Of a stretch of DNA of 64,000 nt, positions 34,901 to 49,900 are shown one piece after another. A program made the translations under genes and the position numbers. Positions within the stretch are counted from its first letter, which is position 1. Each line of letters begins with the position of its first letter. The notes below the pieces were generated by a model. It made no database searches, was not told the DNA's origin, and saw nothing but the letters and a program-made list of their open reading frames with translations. Source of the DNA: Phoronis australis (taxonomy: Eukaryota > Animalia > Phoronida); contig NMRA01000207.1 of the NCBI GenBank assembly GCA_002633005.1, positions 117,408-181,407 on the forward strand, in the 5' to 3' direction.

Positions 34901-37900
34901 CCATCAATGTTTCGTTGATAATGGCTGCAGGGGGTGGGACCTGGTGCCNCCCCCCCCGTATCGTGCTCCTTTATACTGTTATCCTACCTTGTTGTAATAG
35001 CCATAGGTGATGGCATTGGGTTGTATCCCACATTTCTTCATTTCTAGGAATATCTTTACAGCCATGGCAGGTTGATGGTAGTGGCCGCACAACTGCATCA
35101 GTACGCGGTAACAAACCTACGTGACCAGTATTGGACAGAGTTGTAAGCAGTGCAAGTGAAAGTGATTTAAAAGGGAAAGCCCTTTTAACACATATTGCCA
35201 ATTATCATATAGTTTGTGTGCCTTCCACAATAGAAAAAATAATATATCAACTTGTTTTCCAAGCATATGTAACAACAATGCTACCATCAAACAATGCTTT
35301 AATCTCAGGAGGATTATTATGTCTAGACAATGCTGCTGTTAACATTATAATGTTAGAATGAAAATCTTGTCTTCACTATCAATTTCAACGCAACGAAATA
35401 TTACATCTAACACTTCTCTGGGGGTGAAACTTAACTCGTCGAGATTCAACTTGAAAATCGAGTGATTGTTTGGCATGCTTCAAATATGCTAACCTATGAG
35501 AATTCACACTACGTGACTTCTTGGTTGAGTCTCGAATTAAATTACATTGCCAACATCTATGATTTGAATCCTAAATCTTTTTGTACTGGGGTCTGTTTCA
35601 TGAAAAGTGATTTAAGACCGAAGACAGAAATTTGGTCTCACGCTCCACATAACAATTTCTGAAATTAATTTAATCTCACATGAGCAAAAGTCTCTGAGAA
35701 CATACACATAACTGCTAGTTACCGACTTAACAGAAATAATGTCTATAAATGGTTTCTACAATGTGATGTGCTCGTAATTACTTAATTACCGCGGGATTAC
35801 ACAAGACACGACCGTACCTCATCTGGAGATTGTAACTTCTGTTGTTGCATTCTTTTCAGCACTTCGTAGGCCAGCGTCAGCGTTCTGTTCTTGGTCTGGG
35901 TTGACTTGACGTAGGCCGGTAGATGGACGAACCACAGGCTGTAGCAGTAGGATAGAAGGCACTTGGCCCAGGTCATTGGAGTGGACGCTTGTTGTTTAGC
36001 CATCTGGGGATAAATAAAGGGTGACTGTTTATAAAGTATGGAGTTACAACAGGAAAGCAGACACTCGGCCCAGAACATAAAGTGGGAGTTGGTTGTTTGG
36101 CCACCATTCTAAAGAAAAATACAGGGTGTTTACGATGTTATGGAGGTACAGTAGGACACTTGGACCAGGACATGAGGTGAAGGCACGTTGTTTGGCCGTC
36201 ATCCTAAAGATAAATACAAGTTGTTTAAAGTATTATGAAGGGTACAGTGGGACTTACAAGCATTGGAAACACAAAAACAAAACAAAACAAAAGCAACAAA
36301 AAGGAATGTGTTAAAGATGACACAAACCAACTCCCACAGTATAGTTAGGTAGTCTAGAGTATCCTGACAATGCTGTTAAGAATAAGGCAAATCTTTTACC
36401 TTTTGAGCAGTTTTGATTTCCTGTTTGCTACGGCGTGCCATGTGCGGACTGGACGTGAGCTTGGTGGTGGCTTTAGCTGGCATGTTGCATCCCTCAGGAA
36501 ACAACGCCGGGTCTAGCTTCTCCGGGAAGGTGTCGTAGGAGTAGGTAGCACCAGGGGGCAGGCCAGTAGGCTCGGGCGGACTGATAAACACAGTACGTTC
36601 ACTGAAAATTGGAGAAGACAGTGTGACAAATAATTGAAAAAACAAAGATACTGCAGAAGGAATACATAATAATCTAAAAACTCAATTTCCACAAAAACTT
36701 AAAAACCTGTTAGTAACACAAGTTTGCGTAAAAAACAATTATTCCAAAAATTGTAATATTTCCGTTTGTCAAAGGTTGTCTTTAGGGAGCGGAAACTATA
36801 CCAAATGATATTTTATAACATCGACACAAATCAAACCAAGGTAATAATATCCTACATTTCTGTTTTGAAATTCAGTGCTACAATAAATTCAAGAAAACAA
36901 CAACGGTTTTAAGACTTGACATGTTTCGGTGGCATTTATTCAACACCATCCTCAGAAGTGATAATACAGTGGCCACCTAGCTAGGCCCAGCAACAAGTAA
37001 TGAAGCACAGATACAGTCAGTTACAGGGAGTGACAATGAACTATACCAACAATGACAACCTGTGGTGTGTCAGTTGCCTATTGAGATTGGGCTTGCACCA
37101 ACTGATATGTAAAGCCTCACGAATTTTAAGCTCCTTTGTTGTTACTGCCTGGTCTATTATTGCAAAGTCATTGAAAGAGCACTGCTGATAACAATGATTG
37201 GAGCTCTGTAGGTGAATATTTACATGTGAATTTCAATAAATAGGGCAAACCATATGTATGCCAGAAAAGTGAGGAATGACCACAAGCTCTACAGGCAAAT
37301 GAAGACGCAAGACAGATAACTTGCCACTAGCTGTTCATTTTCACAAGAATGGCAGTATTTCAATTGTATTCTCATTGGGTAGGGGAATGAAGAAAATTGT
37401 ATGTTTTGCACACTAACGAAAATGCCAGTAATTCAGAATGGTCCCATACCTTCTGAGCGAGTCCTCTATTTCAATCAGTCGCGGCTCATCAAGACTTTCA
37501 TCCACCTTCTCGGCGCACTCGTCAAAGAAGGCGAGACTGTGATCCTTACTGGACACAAATGAGCGCTCCTCTATGAACCGTATGAACGTCTGGGTGCGTA
37601 CAAACTGCATGTAGAACTTACTGTAGGCCCGGTCTCGACTGCGTAAGAAGCCTGAAAGTGCAGAAAAGTGACAAAATGACCTTCGTAACCTCCAGCTCCA
37701 ACACAATAATTTTTACAACAACTTAACCAACACAAAGAATACAATATTATAAATCAAGTGTATCCACAAAACACTAATGGCAACAACCTCTAGACAAAAT
37801 AGCTTCTACGTTCGTTCAACGACAGCGCAAGGAGCCCGATGGGATAGAAGCGCATCCATAAAATACTAATGGCAATATCTTCTAGATAATGCAGTTATCA

Positions 37901-40900
37901 TGAGCATGTTCTTGTCGTATTTAAGAACAACATGTATTCTTCAACATATACAATCACTGGAATTATTTCACTTCTTACAGCAGCTGAATGAATACAACAA
38001 TCTAAAATATATCCAACCCCAACAAATAGAAATCGCAAAAATGAATTCTTAGGAATGAGCACTTGGCTCCCGCCACAATAAAATTATGCCATCGACGTTA
38101 AACTTTGAGTTGTCAACAACCACCATTGTCCACACTCACTTCCAAAATCGAATAAAGATGTAGCATCGGTCGTTCCAACTGTAGGTGCGTGGGTGATGGG
38201 CAATAGGTAGTTCTTGTAACCCTTCAGTATACTGGCCATGAAACGAAGGAACGCTTCTTGTATAGCTATCTCTAGCAATTGCTAAAGAAGGAAAAAGAGA
38301 GACGTTACTTGGCTTTTGTCTGCAGGTACAGGGTCAAAAGGACGTTCCGGTGTTTTTTAACCTTAGAGACATGAAGCAAAATCGATCGAGAAGTCCAAAG
38401 GATTTTATAAATCAGAGTATGAATACAGGTTACTGGAAATTTGAAGAAATTTACAGTTAAAACCATTGTGGTTTCATAACTAAGTCTACAGTCACAAATT
38501 GGTGGTATTTTGCCATTAGCATTGTGCAAAATGCTAACATATAAAATTGAAAAAGTGCTGCTAGGAAGAGTTGGTAAAAGTAATTTTCTCTCGTGGTAAT
38601 TCACCAAATATCACGCTCAATAAATAGTTTTGCTCAAAGAAAAAATATTGCAGGCACCTTATCAAAGGAATATAGGGCTTCATTCACACTGCAAAATATC
38701 TGATGGATATACACGTAACATCACAGAGATATTCTGTAGCAAGCCAGGGCAACAACAAGTAGTCATAAGTCATAGATGAGCTCACCTGTTTCTGCTTGAC
38801 TCTGAAGTCATGGTCGATGGGTGCCAAGCCGTGACCCAAGTGATCGTCATGGAACATGGAAGTACCAATCAACTTCTCAAAAAGTTCAGCGAGTGTATGA
38901 CGCAGGACTTTGAGCGGTCGCTTCGGTAACATCTTCGATGACACTGCCTTTCCCTCAACCTGAGAGACAGTGTTCGTGTCCAAATCAATGGCGGTGACAT
39001 CAGTTGGTTGCTCATAGAGGTCAAAGTAGCGCGAGTCGACACCAACGATGAATGGGCAGGGGGCACAAAGGACATCGGATAAACCCAGGGGACACAAGGG
39101 AATATAGGGGCACTGCCAGTGGAAAGGGAAGATCATATTGGCAACGGCCTCGGCAACGCCTGTCAACACAGCTGGACGCAAAGAGTGAATGAGGATCTTG
39201 TGTTCCAGAAGAGCAAATAGCAGAACGTTGACACAGTTGTCCGGACCTAGGTTGCGGAGAAGGCTGATGTACGATGCCCCCGTCTGTGGCAGGGGCGAGT
39301 CCTCAGGCTGGGACAGGGTGAACGCATCGTTGGTCAACTGTACAAGGATGCGGGGCCGCTGCAATGACGGGTAGGGGACTTCGTGCATGAAGTGGGCCAC
39401 GTGTCTGCAAGGGAGTGAACTCTGCTGTTAGAACGTGACCATTGGTAAAACTTCAACTATGGTTGCGATCAAATGTTTCAGGTTATGAAACATGCATTCC
39501 AAACCACAGTGCATTTAGGACTCAAGAATACACACAAGCTATAGCTAATTTCTGTCTTGCATGGTAGTCTCTCATTAATGGCTAATAGGAGATCAAATTG
39601 ATCATGATTTAACCTTTGAGCAAATGGGTCGCATGCACGTTACAGGGGTTGAATTGTATTGCATTTTAAAGTTCTCACTAAACACGTCGATCGGATTTCT
39701 GATGAAAACAACAGACATGAATAACTGACAACACGCCCACCTTTCAACAGGTAGACTGCAGGCGCCATTCAGTATTGTACTGTAGAGGTAATAGAGAAAC
39801 TTGCGAAAGGCGTCAAAGAACGGATAGTGAGACAGCAGACATATGGCCTTGTTCACGTGCACGGTGTGTTGCCGATCGACGGACTCCTCTGACTTGAGAC
39901 CGAGGTTACGCTGCTGTAGATCCGTCAATTTTTCCTTCGGGTAGTCCTCGTAGAAAGTGACGGCAGCGCCATACATCTGAAACACAGGTGTGAAGTCACG
40001 GGTTAACGACTGCTTACAGGAGAGGCGTACAGTGTGCAACTTCAGTGAAATTATATATTTTTTGGTTCAAGAGCAGTCACACTACGTTCGTGGTGCTTGA
40101 TGTGTGTACGGGTTTATTGTATTAGCATAACAAATATTTCTCTCCCTCGAACTGTTAACTCGAAGGAGTTAGTAAAAAAATTTCCTTAAACCAAGAAGTT
40201 GAAAACTTCCAAATGAGTACTGCAGATATGTTCTTAAAGACCTACTAGAATCAAATTACATAGCGCAGTTTGTTCACATACAGTACACACGAAAAGTAAG
40301 ACCAGATGAAATTACTCATAATTCTCTGGCCGTCACAATGATGAGTGAGAATTCATCGTCAGAGTGGCTGTGACGACTCGTTACCCGTCATGTCGTGGAA
40401 AACAAAATTTTGCGAGATTATTTTGTGGTGTGTACGATAATTCTTTTGACAACATGTCATCAAAAGCTAGTTGACACCCGAGACCGCTCCTGATTGACAA
40501 GTCCCCTCTCTCACCTTCTCTCCTTCAATGCCCGTCAGCACAAATGTGGAAAAGACTGGCTTGGGGTGCAGAGCCTTGGCAGGCCAACTCTCCAACATAG
40601 CTCCCATGGGTAGACAGAACATGGCCACCTGATCAGGCAGGGGGGAGTCATCCGAGTTGGTGTAAGGGTAGCGAGCCAGTGTGGCTGCAATGAATTAGAA
40701 GATATGTTAAAGCATGTTATTATTTCAAATGGCAATTATTTTTAATGGTTTATGAAAACACAAACTTTACATATTGAATTTTCTAATGTTGGTCAAAATC
40801 CTATTCCAAAATTGGTTTGAAAATGGACAGCATAACTAATAGAAGGTGATTGAAAGCATTTTTGCTGTGAACTAATGTCGCTTAGTTGGAATTCTTGAAC

Positions 40901-43900
40901 GTAGATTCATGTTGTTGACTAACGTTTCCATGGGAAACCTAAGTGAAAATCCTCCAGTGTGAATACATCAACTAATGTTTTCCATGGGAAACGTTAGTCA
41001 GAATTGTCCTGTGTAGATTCATCTCCTAGATTAACAGATTCACAATTTCCAGTAGCCTTTGAGAATCATATATAACTAAACTGGAGGTACCTGTTTTCAA
41101 TGCGATTGCCATATTCTAACTATAGTGCTATGGACATAACAATTTTGACACAGCACAATGGACTGAGAAAAACCGCAGACAACATCTGAGTGATAGCATA
41201 GATAAATTACTTGTAACTCAGCTAATGTGTTAGAAGATGTAATAGAAGCCATTGGAAAAATAGAGCTAATTTATGTTCACAAGCCGCAGGTGTCTGCTTG
41301 AATAATGTTATTTTCTACGCTATCAGGAAATACTTCCACACCTTGGCTATACTAATGGAAAGATGCGCTTAATTACATCAACTCCCTTTCAAGGTTATGC
41401 TAACTGAAATTTCCACAATTTTGAGGCTACCTGTATGAAGCACAGGAATAAGAGGATTATAAATTTGTAGTTGAATTTCTAAACATAAATTATTTTGAAC
41501 ATGTGACTCCACCAGGACGATGTGTATTCAAACGTACAGAAGAAGAGCATTTTATATGTAGACAATCATTTTTGTAAAATAACAAAATTTGTATTTATTT
41601 GCAATTTAGCGATCACGTTTGTGCAGTAGAGAGGCAATGCAACACAACATTGGGAATTCAATGAATAACAGATTGATGGTGGAACATAACACCAACAAAC
41701 GTTATCGGTGGCAGGGTGCATCAAATATCCCCAAATAGAGAATTTATAGTGTTACCTAAATCTTTTGCGCATTTGTGAACTTGTTTACTTTATTACATGC
41801 TCCTACAGTACATGTTAACAGTAGCCAGACAAAACACCATTTTCCTGTCATGACGACTTATTCCGGCATCAGCAAAAATTGTTGGTAATAATTATTGTGG
41901 TGGCAAAATTCTAATTACACAATGGCTTAGCCACCTTTGCTGTTAATTCTCCAACAGTCTCAGCCATGACACTTCTCCAACAGTCTCAGCCATGACACTT
42001 CTCCAACAGTCTCAGCCATGACATAAGACTTACTTAAACCGTCACAAAGACGTCAGTTGCCGTCTTGCCGTCAAAACTGGAAATTACGGGCCGGGCATTT
42101 TGTCTGAATACTTTTGGAGAGTGACGTAGATCCTCTTTTATTTATGACATTTTCTATTTATCTGAGAATTGAGCCTTGTTTCAATGAAAATAAATCAAGA
42201 CATTGTCCGTTGCATGAAAAAGTCCCAATTTATTTTCAATAAGAATTCAGTGTAGAGTTACCTATGCATAAGTAAAAATCTATAAATAGGCGTCGCAGTA
42301 ATGAAGATAAAATAGTACAAGAATGATAATTAATCAGTGTTTGCACCAATCCACAAATGCGCAGAAATTTTAGGGACCTAAGTTAAGTCCTTATCTAGGC
42401 ATATTTCATTTAACCCAGCCACACGGTATCTCTACTCTCAGATGACCTCCACTATGCCAAACAACTGAAAGCCGAGTGATTCATTGTCATGTCTGTGTTT
42501 GGAAAATACCTGCACAAACACAGAAACAAGGTCAGAGACACTGGTATTTCATACCAGCATTCAAATGATAAATTCATGCCAGACGGTTAGAAAATAATTA
42601 TGCTAATCACCATCCAATACTTATGTTGGTACACATGAATGACATCAATAAACACGCCGAATCACATTGACTTCACACTCTCGGTAATCCAAAGACCAGC
42701 CTACAGATTTCACTTAACTGGGAGCAGAAATGATTCCATGACCCCACCTCTGAACTCCAGCAATGATCCTACAAACCCAAGTCCTAGACCATCAAACATC
42801 AAACCCACAGTAAAGCTCTGTACCCTTGGTCCAGCATGACGTTGCTGCAGAAGTGCAAATACATCTGAGAATTTTTTCAGACACCAGGGGCCGCCACCTA
42901 ACCTACATACTCGAAATTGAACTCGCAATTACTTTTTCATTTTCCGTACTACTTTTAAGCGGACCTCATGTAGGTGTCTATTACAGCATCCCCGAGTACG
43001 AGATTTTAGTCCGAGTTAACACTTGATTGTCTCTAAATTCAGGCGACAAACTCTAGCAAAAACTCAAGATTTCAAGTTCAGATTTGAACTTGTAGCTTTA
43101 ATGCTAGGTCATCAAGTGCAAATATACCATAATGCACTCAAGCTCGAAATACTAGGCACTTACATGGCGTCTGCTGGAAAGTACAAATGGTAAATTCGAG
43201 TTCAATTTCCCCATATAAAGATTAGACTTCGGGCCCAGAACCCAGTTTATGATGACCTTGACAATAGTCGGATATAACGTTCCCATATTTTGCAAACCAA
43301 TTTGATGCCTGATATTCAGTGGCAACAACTGGTTCTCAAAATTTGGGCACGTTATATCCGACCATTACCGTGGCCTCAATACATAAAGTCCATTGTACAA
43401 CTGCAACACATCATAACTCCAGTACCTGCTTGGTAACCAATAGCGTTAGCTTTGGCCACAGACTTCTTGTAGCAGAGGTAGACGTCAGATCCGACCATGC
43501 CCTTGTTGAGGATCTTGGGGATCTGGCAGAAGGCATGGGGAGGAGTCTCCCCCTGCAACACAACATGGGGTAATCAAACCACATCAACACAATTTGGGGG
43601 GCATCAAAACAATGTCACTGCAAAATTAAATTGTAAAATTTGAAAAAGGTACATTGACAAGATACAAGAAAACTAAGTAAGATGTCCAATGAAGTAAAAG
43701 AAATGATGGTCGCATTTTTGCCATATTTGTGTGTATCCAGGCACATTTGTCCGAGTCTGAAATAACGTTGGTATCAAACTAGGTGCATGAAGCTAATAAC
43801 TATGCATGGGTGGTGCACCTAATCACCATGTATGGGTGGTGGTGGGGATTATTATGTACATAACGTGCATGACAACATCTCATGTTTTTATTTTCATCTT

Positions 43901-46900
43901 TAACACTTTTCAATTTATAACGTCTACCAGAATTACACTGGTACATAAACCATCGTACACATGTTACATATAGACATCAAAACCATTATTGAACCATTGT
44001 TTTGGTTCATCATGTTTTGGGATGGAACCCATCGCTTTTTGTGTTTTTTTCAACACGGTGACTTGGAGTTCCAAATAACATAGAGAAAAATCATGGACTG
44101 AATGGAGTTTTTTAAGGTAATAGTTGGAAATAATGTGCCCGCATTTTGAGAACCAGTTTTCTCCATTGACCAACGGGCATCAAACTGGTTCTTAAAATGT
44201 GGGCACATTATATCCCACTATTGCCGTTCAAATGGCTACTGCGGTAAGATTCACCGTCGCTAACTTGATTAATTCCAGTTCAAAGCATGTGATTTTGTCT
44301 AGACCTAGTGCTGCATGCGACNTTAACAGTAGCCAGACAAAACACCATTTTCCTGTCATCACGACTTATTCCGACATGAGCAAAAAATTTTGGTAATAAT
44401 TATTATGGTGGCAAAATTCTAATTACAGGATGGCTTAGCCACCTTTGCTGTGAATTCTCCAACAGTCTCAGCCATGACAGAAGACTACTTAGACTGTCAC
44501 AATGATGCCTAGCCGTCAAAACTGGAAATTACGGGCCAGTCATTTTGTCTAAATACTTTTGGCGAGCGACGTAGATCCTCTTTTATTTATGACATTTTTT
44601 ATCTATCTGAGAATTGAGCCTTGTTTCAATGAAAATAAATCAAGACATTGTCCGTTGCATGAAAAAGTCCCAATTTATTTTCAATAAGAATTCAGTGTAG
44701 AGTTACCTATGCATAAGTAAAAATCTATAAATAGGCGTCGCAGTAATGAAGAAAAATAGTACAAGAATGATAATTAATCAGTGTTTGCACCAATCCACAA
44801 ATGCGCAGAAATTTTAGGGACCTAAGTTAAGTCCTTATCTAGGCATATTTCATTTAACCCAGCCACACGGTATCTCTACTCTCAGATGACCTTGACCTCC
44901 ACTATGCCAAACAACTGAAAGCCGAGTGATTCATAGTCATGTCTGTGTTTGGAAAATACCTGCACAAACACAGAAACAAGGTCAGAGACACTGGTATTTC
45001 ATACCAGCATTCAAATGATAAATTCATGCCAGACGGTTAGAAAATAATTATGCTAATCACCATCGAATACTTATGTTGGTACACATGAGTGATATCAATA
45101 AACACGCCGAATCAAATTGACTTCACACTCTCAGTAATCCAAAGACCAGCCTACAGATTTCACTTAACAGGGAGCAGAAATGATTCCATGACCCCACCTC
45201 TGAACTCCAGCAATGATCCTACAAACCCAAGTCCTAGTCCATCAAACATCAAACCCACGGTAAAGCTCTGTAACCATGGTCCAGCATGACGTTGCTGCGG
45301 AAGTGCAAATACATCTGAGAAGAACTTTTTTCAGACACCAGGGGCCACTACCTAACCTACATACTCGAAATTGAACTCGCAATTACTTTTTTCATTTTCC
45401 GTACAACTTTTAAGCGGACCTCACGTCTATTACAGCATCCCCGAGTACGAGATTTTAGTCCAAGTTAACACTTGATTGCCTCTAAATTCAGGCTACAAAC
45501 TAGCAAAAACTCAAGATTTCAAGTTCAGATTTGAACTTGTAGCTTTAATGCTAGGTCATCAAGTGCAAAATATACCATAATTCACTCAAGCACGAAATAC
45601 TGGACACTTACATGGCATCTGCAGGAAAGTACAATGGAAAATGCAAATGGTAAATTCGAGTTTGATTTCTCCATACAAAGATTAGACTTCGGGCCCAGAA
45701 CCCAGTTTATGATGACCTTGGCAATAGTCGGATATAACGTTCCCATATTTTGAGAACCAGTTTGATGCCTGATGATCAGTGGCGAAAACTGGTTCTCAAA
45801 ATTCGGGCACCTTATATCCGACCATTACCGCGGCCTCAATACATAAAGTCCACTGTACAACTGCAACACATTATAACTTCAGTACCTGCTTGGTAACCAA
45901 TAGCGTTAGCTTTGGCCACAGACTTCTTGTAGCAGAGGTAGACGTCAGATCCGACCATGCCCTTGTTGAGGATTTTGGGGATCTGGCAGAAGGCATGGGG
46001 AGGAGTCTCCCCCTGCAACACAACATGGGGTAATCAAACCACGTCAACACAATTTGGGGGGCATCAAAACAATGACTGCAAAATTAAATTGTAAAATTTG
46101 AAAAAGGTACATTGACAAGATACAAGAAAACTAAGTAAGATGTCCAATGAAGTAAAAGAAATGATGGTCGCATTTTGCCATATTTGTGTGTATCCAGGCA
46201 CATTTGTCCGAGTCTGAAATAACGTTGGTATCAAACTAGGTGCATGAAGCTAATAACTATGCATGGGTGGTGCACCTAATCACCATGTATGGGTGGTGGT
46301 GGGGATTATTATGTACATAACGTGCATGACAACATCTCATGTTTTTATTTTCATCTTTAACACTTTTCATTTTATAACGTCTACCAGAATTACACAGGTA
46401 CATAAACCATCATACACATGTTACATATAGACATCAAAACCATTATTGAACCATTGTTTTGGTTCATCATGTTTTGGGATGGAACCCATCGCTTTTTGTG
46501 TTTTTTTCAACACGGTGACTAGGGGTTCCAAATAACATAGAGAAAAATCATGGACTGAATGGAGTTTTTTAAGGTAATAGTTGGAAATAATGTGCCCGCA
46601 TTTTGAGAACCAGTTTTCTCCATTGACCAACGGGCATCAAACTGGTTCTTAAAATGTGGGCACATTATATCCCACTATTGCCGTTCAAATGGCTACTGCG
46701 GTAAGATTCACCGTCGCTAACTTGATTAATTCCAGTTCAAAGCATGTGATTTTGTCTAGACCTAGTGCTGCATGCGACGTGTAACAGTTGCTCCTAGCTT
46801 CACTCAGACTCCTATACAGGTGTGGGAGACTACACATAGGATTCACAAGTATGTAAGGGCCTGCATGCACACATATACAGATTCAGGGGCCTACATGCAC

Positions 46901-49900
46901 ACATATACAGGTTCAGGGGCCTACATGCACACATATACAGGTTCAGAGGCCTATATGCGCACCAAACAGTATACACAAATTTCTCCGAACGCCTCCTAGT
47001 ACAAAGCCAACACCTAACGAAGTGAGTCAAAGTCAGACAACCGACTTCCTTACCTTATTAGCCAGTATAATACAGATGTCAGTAACAGCTAGAGTATTGG
47101 CCGCCGCCGTCTCGTCAGCGCGTCGGTACGTGATGTAGATACGGCTATTGCTATTGTTCACATTAGCAGGCCGACCCCAGGGAGTGGTGTGGATTATCTC
47201 ACAGCCAGACATCACACGCTCCTTGCCTTCATACAGAACTCTAGGAAGACAAAAATGATGTCTTAAGCCTTCTAGGGTAATGGGTCGGGAAGGTCACGTG
47301 ACATTTGTAAGCTAAAATCAACTCCGAACAATATCATTATTACACGTTTCTACAATTATTCCAACATCAATGACCACATTCTCATAAACAGCTTAACAAC
47401 CAATCTTAAAAACCCTGTGCAGTGAAGTCTTAGGCAGACTGGTGACAATCTGCCTTGCAACTTTAAAATAACATATTCACGCACATTAAGTGTTAGCATT
47501 TAAAAAAACATGATATGGTAAAAACTCATCTGCTTAAAACGCAATACCGTGTGCAAGTGACATTTCATATTCCTATCTCTCCATTAGAGATATGTAGCAG
47601 CAAACAAATGCTTTGCCATATCCAAGTCATGTGATATCGTTTCCATCGAGCAATATTTTTGAAAAATTGTGGCACTGTCAACAATGTTAGAATCCTTCAC
47701 AAATGTTCCACGTCGGTCCGCTATGCTAATGAACTTGAACATGGCACAGCATCACTTAAGCACTATGAGTCATTTTTGAAAAATGATAAAATAAAAAACT
47801 TCAAATGTTCGCCATATTGTGCTCTACATTGGCGAGATTTTACAGTCACCAATGCGTCCATCACCAACTTCATGATCATCGACATCATCACCATCATCAT
47901 CACCACCACCGTCACCACCATCACCATCTTCATCGTCATAGTCCCCACCATCACCATCACCATCTTCACCATCTTCATCATCATCGTCACCACCACCGTC
48001 ATCATCATCGTCACCACCATCACCATCATTTTGAAGACAACAGTCATTTCACAGAATAGATTTGCCAAACTGGTCTGGTTTTTATTTTGCAACAAAAAAA
48101 ATTTACCTAGTAATGCTTTGCAAGATCTATGAACAAAGAAACCGAAGAAAGAGACCATGTTTTTATTCATGCTTTTTGCTGAGTTGACAGAATTATGGGA
48201 ACTTTTCCGTGGTTCGTGTGCTATACAAACCGATGTGGAATCGTTGTATTTTGTTTTGTACAAACACATCAACCTCAATTCAAATAATCAAGAAATCATT
48301 ACTTGACATTAAGAGATCTCCTTCGATGCCTTGCTTTTTTTTCAAAAGACGTGAATCAAACCAATTACATGATGAAAATGTCACATTTAAGATATAATCT
48401 ATCATTCATAACATAACAGATTTGAGTCATGTAATGTATAGTAGTGATGAGGGAGGAATACGGAATGTTCGACATCTAGATGAAACTGATCATACATGCA
48501 GAATGAAATAATCAGACATCATATTGGTCACGGAAACTTGTACTTAAAGATTCCAACAAGATTTTTTTCCATTTGATCTGATCCTCTCCTTGTGTTATTC
48601 GAGTTAATAAACCAACGGCAATGCAGACAACCTTATCCAAAACAACTTTAAACGACAGGAGCTATCAAACCGGTTGCATTTAAGATTTTTAGCTTAAAGA
48701 GGCATTGGGCACAATATTGTTTGCGATCATCCCCAAGAAGGATTCAAAACCACGGCATCAGCAGTCGCTTTGCTCGTAAAGCTAATTGGTAATATGGCGG
48801 AGGAGGCGAGGATATTAACCACTGTTAAGTGGTAAGAGCAGCAGCATCGATTTCACGAAGGCTTTATTGCAACGCTCTGAATCGGCAACTTCTAAATAAA
48901 AAAACTCAAAACACTACGGATTTTGCTGTTTTATAGCTCTGGTCAAAGCTAATGACCTCAAGAAGTCTATCCCACCCATCATGAACCCCGCAATGGCATT
49001 GTTGCCCTTAAAACTGTCAGTCCTTCATTCTTTTTAATTTCTGGTGGTGCACAGACAAAAACGCATAACAAACTAGTGAACAATCATGATGACGAACTAC
49101 ACTTTTACCTGAAATAGGACAACAAAAAATCTATATAACGGTCACACCAAAATATGATTTCTCAAAATAATTGTCTAGTTTATCGACTTCTTCCGATGTA
49201 TGTTGGTCCTAATTGGGGAAGGCAAAGAATATAGGACCTTCGAACACCATCAACCATGTTTTGATCAAATGATGACTTCACATTCATTGTAACTATGTTA
49301 AAGGCACTCTCACACTTAGACTGTAGACTAAACCCCTAAATTTGCACAGCATACAGTGATGGGGATATCACAATTTAGCAACTGGTTCAAGCACATCTCA
49401 AACTGTATGCCAGGTTTTCGTGTGATGATCTTCTTTTGCCTTAATTCAAAGAAGCAACAGCAATCATATATTATTCTCTCATTAGTTTCTCATGTCACAA
49501 TCATTTATCAGCAAATGAATAAAAAAGCACCTCTGTAATATTCAAACGTTTTCCTATTCCATGAAATCATGATCAATGTTAACTCATAATTTAAACACAG
49601 TCCATAATATTTAGATCAGGTTTTATGAAAGAAGACCCCCCAGGCCTGACATTTTCAAGCAATAGAGGGCGGGCCGAATTAGACAAAAAGTTAGGGCTAC
49701 CGTTTTGGTGTATGAAGTACAAAGCACAGGTCTACACACATGGAGGCAGTGTAGCCTAGTGGTTGGGTTAGGGTTAGGGTTGGGGTTAGGGGTTGGGGTT
49801 AGGGGTTGGGGTTAGGGTTAGGGATAGGGATAAGGTTAGGGGTTAGGGTCAGGGTCAGGGTCAGGGTTAGGGTTCAAATCCCACTAGACAACATCGCTAG

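Larger units (their letters stand above)
41815..46778. repeat. ~2.5-kb tandem duplication (41815-44321 and 44323-46778) joined at an 'n'
   Basis: Both copies run ttaacagtagccagac...gctgcatgcgac; scattered SNPs and indels; n at 44322. Confidence 0.97.

Noticed and set aside
34949-34949. Ambiguous base n
   Set aside because: Within a poly-C run with no flanking duplication; a base-calling uncertainty.
47659-48278. Poly-His, Ile/Thr-rich and Met/Val-rich ORFs
   Set aside because: All are reading frames of the (CAT/CAC)n microsatellite.
49742-49890. Functional tRNA gene or chromosome end
   Set aside because: No cloverleaf or anticodon arm; the array is short, degenerate and inside a DENND4 intron.
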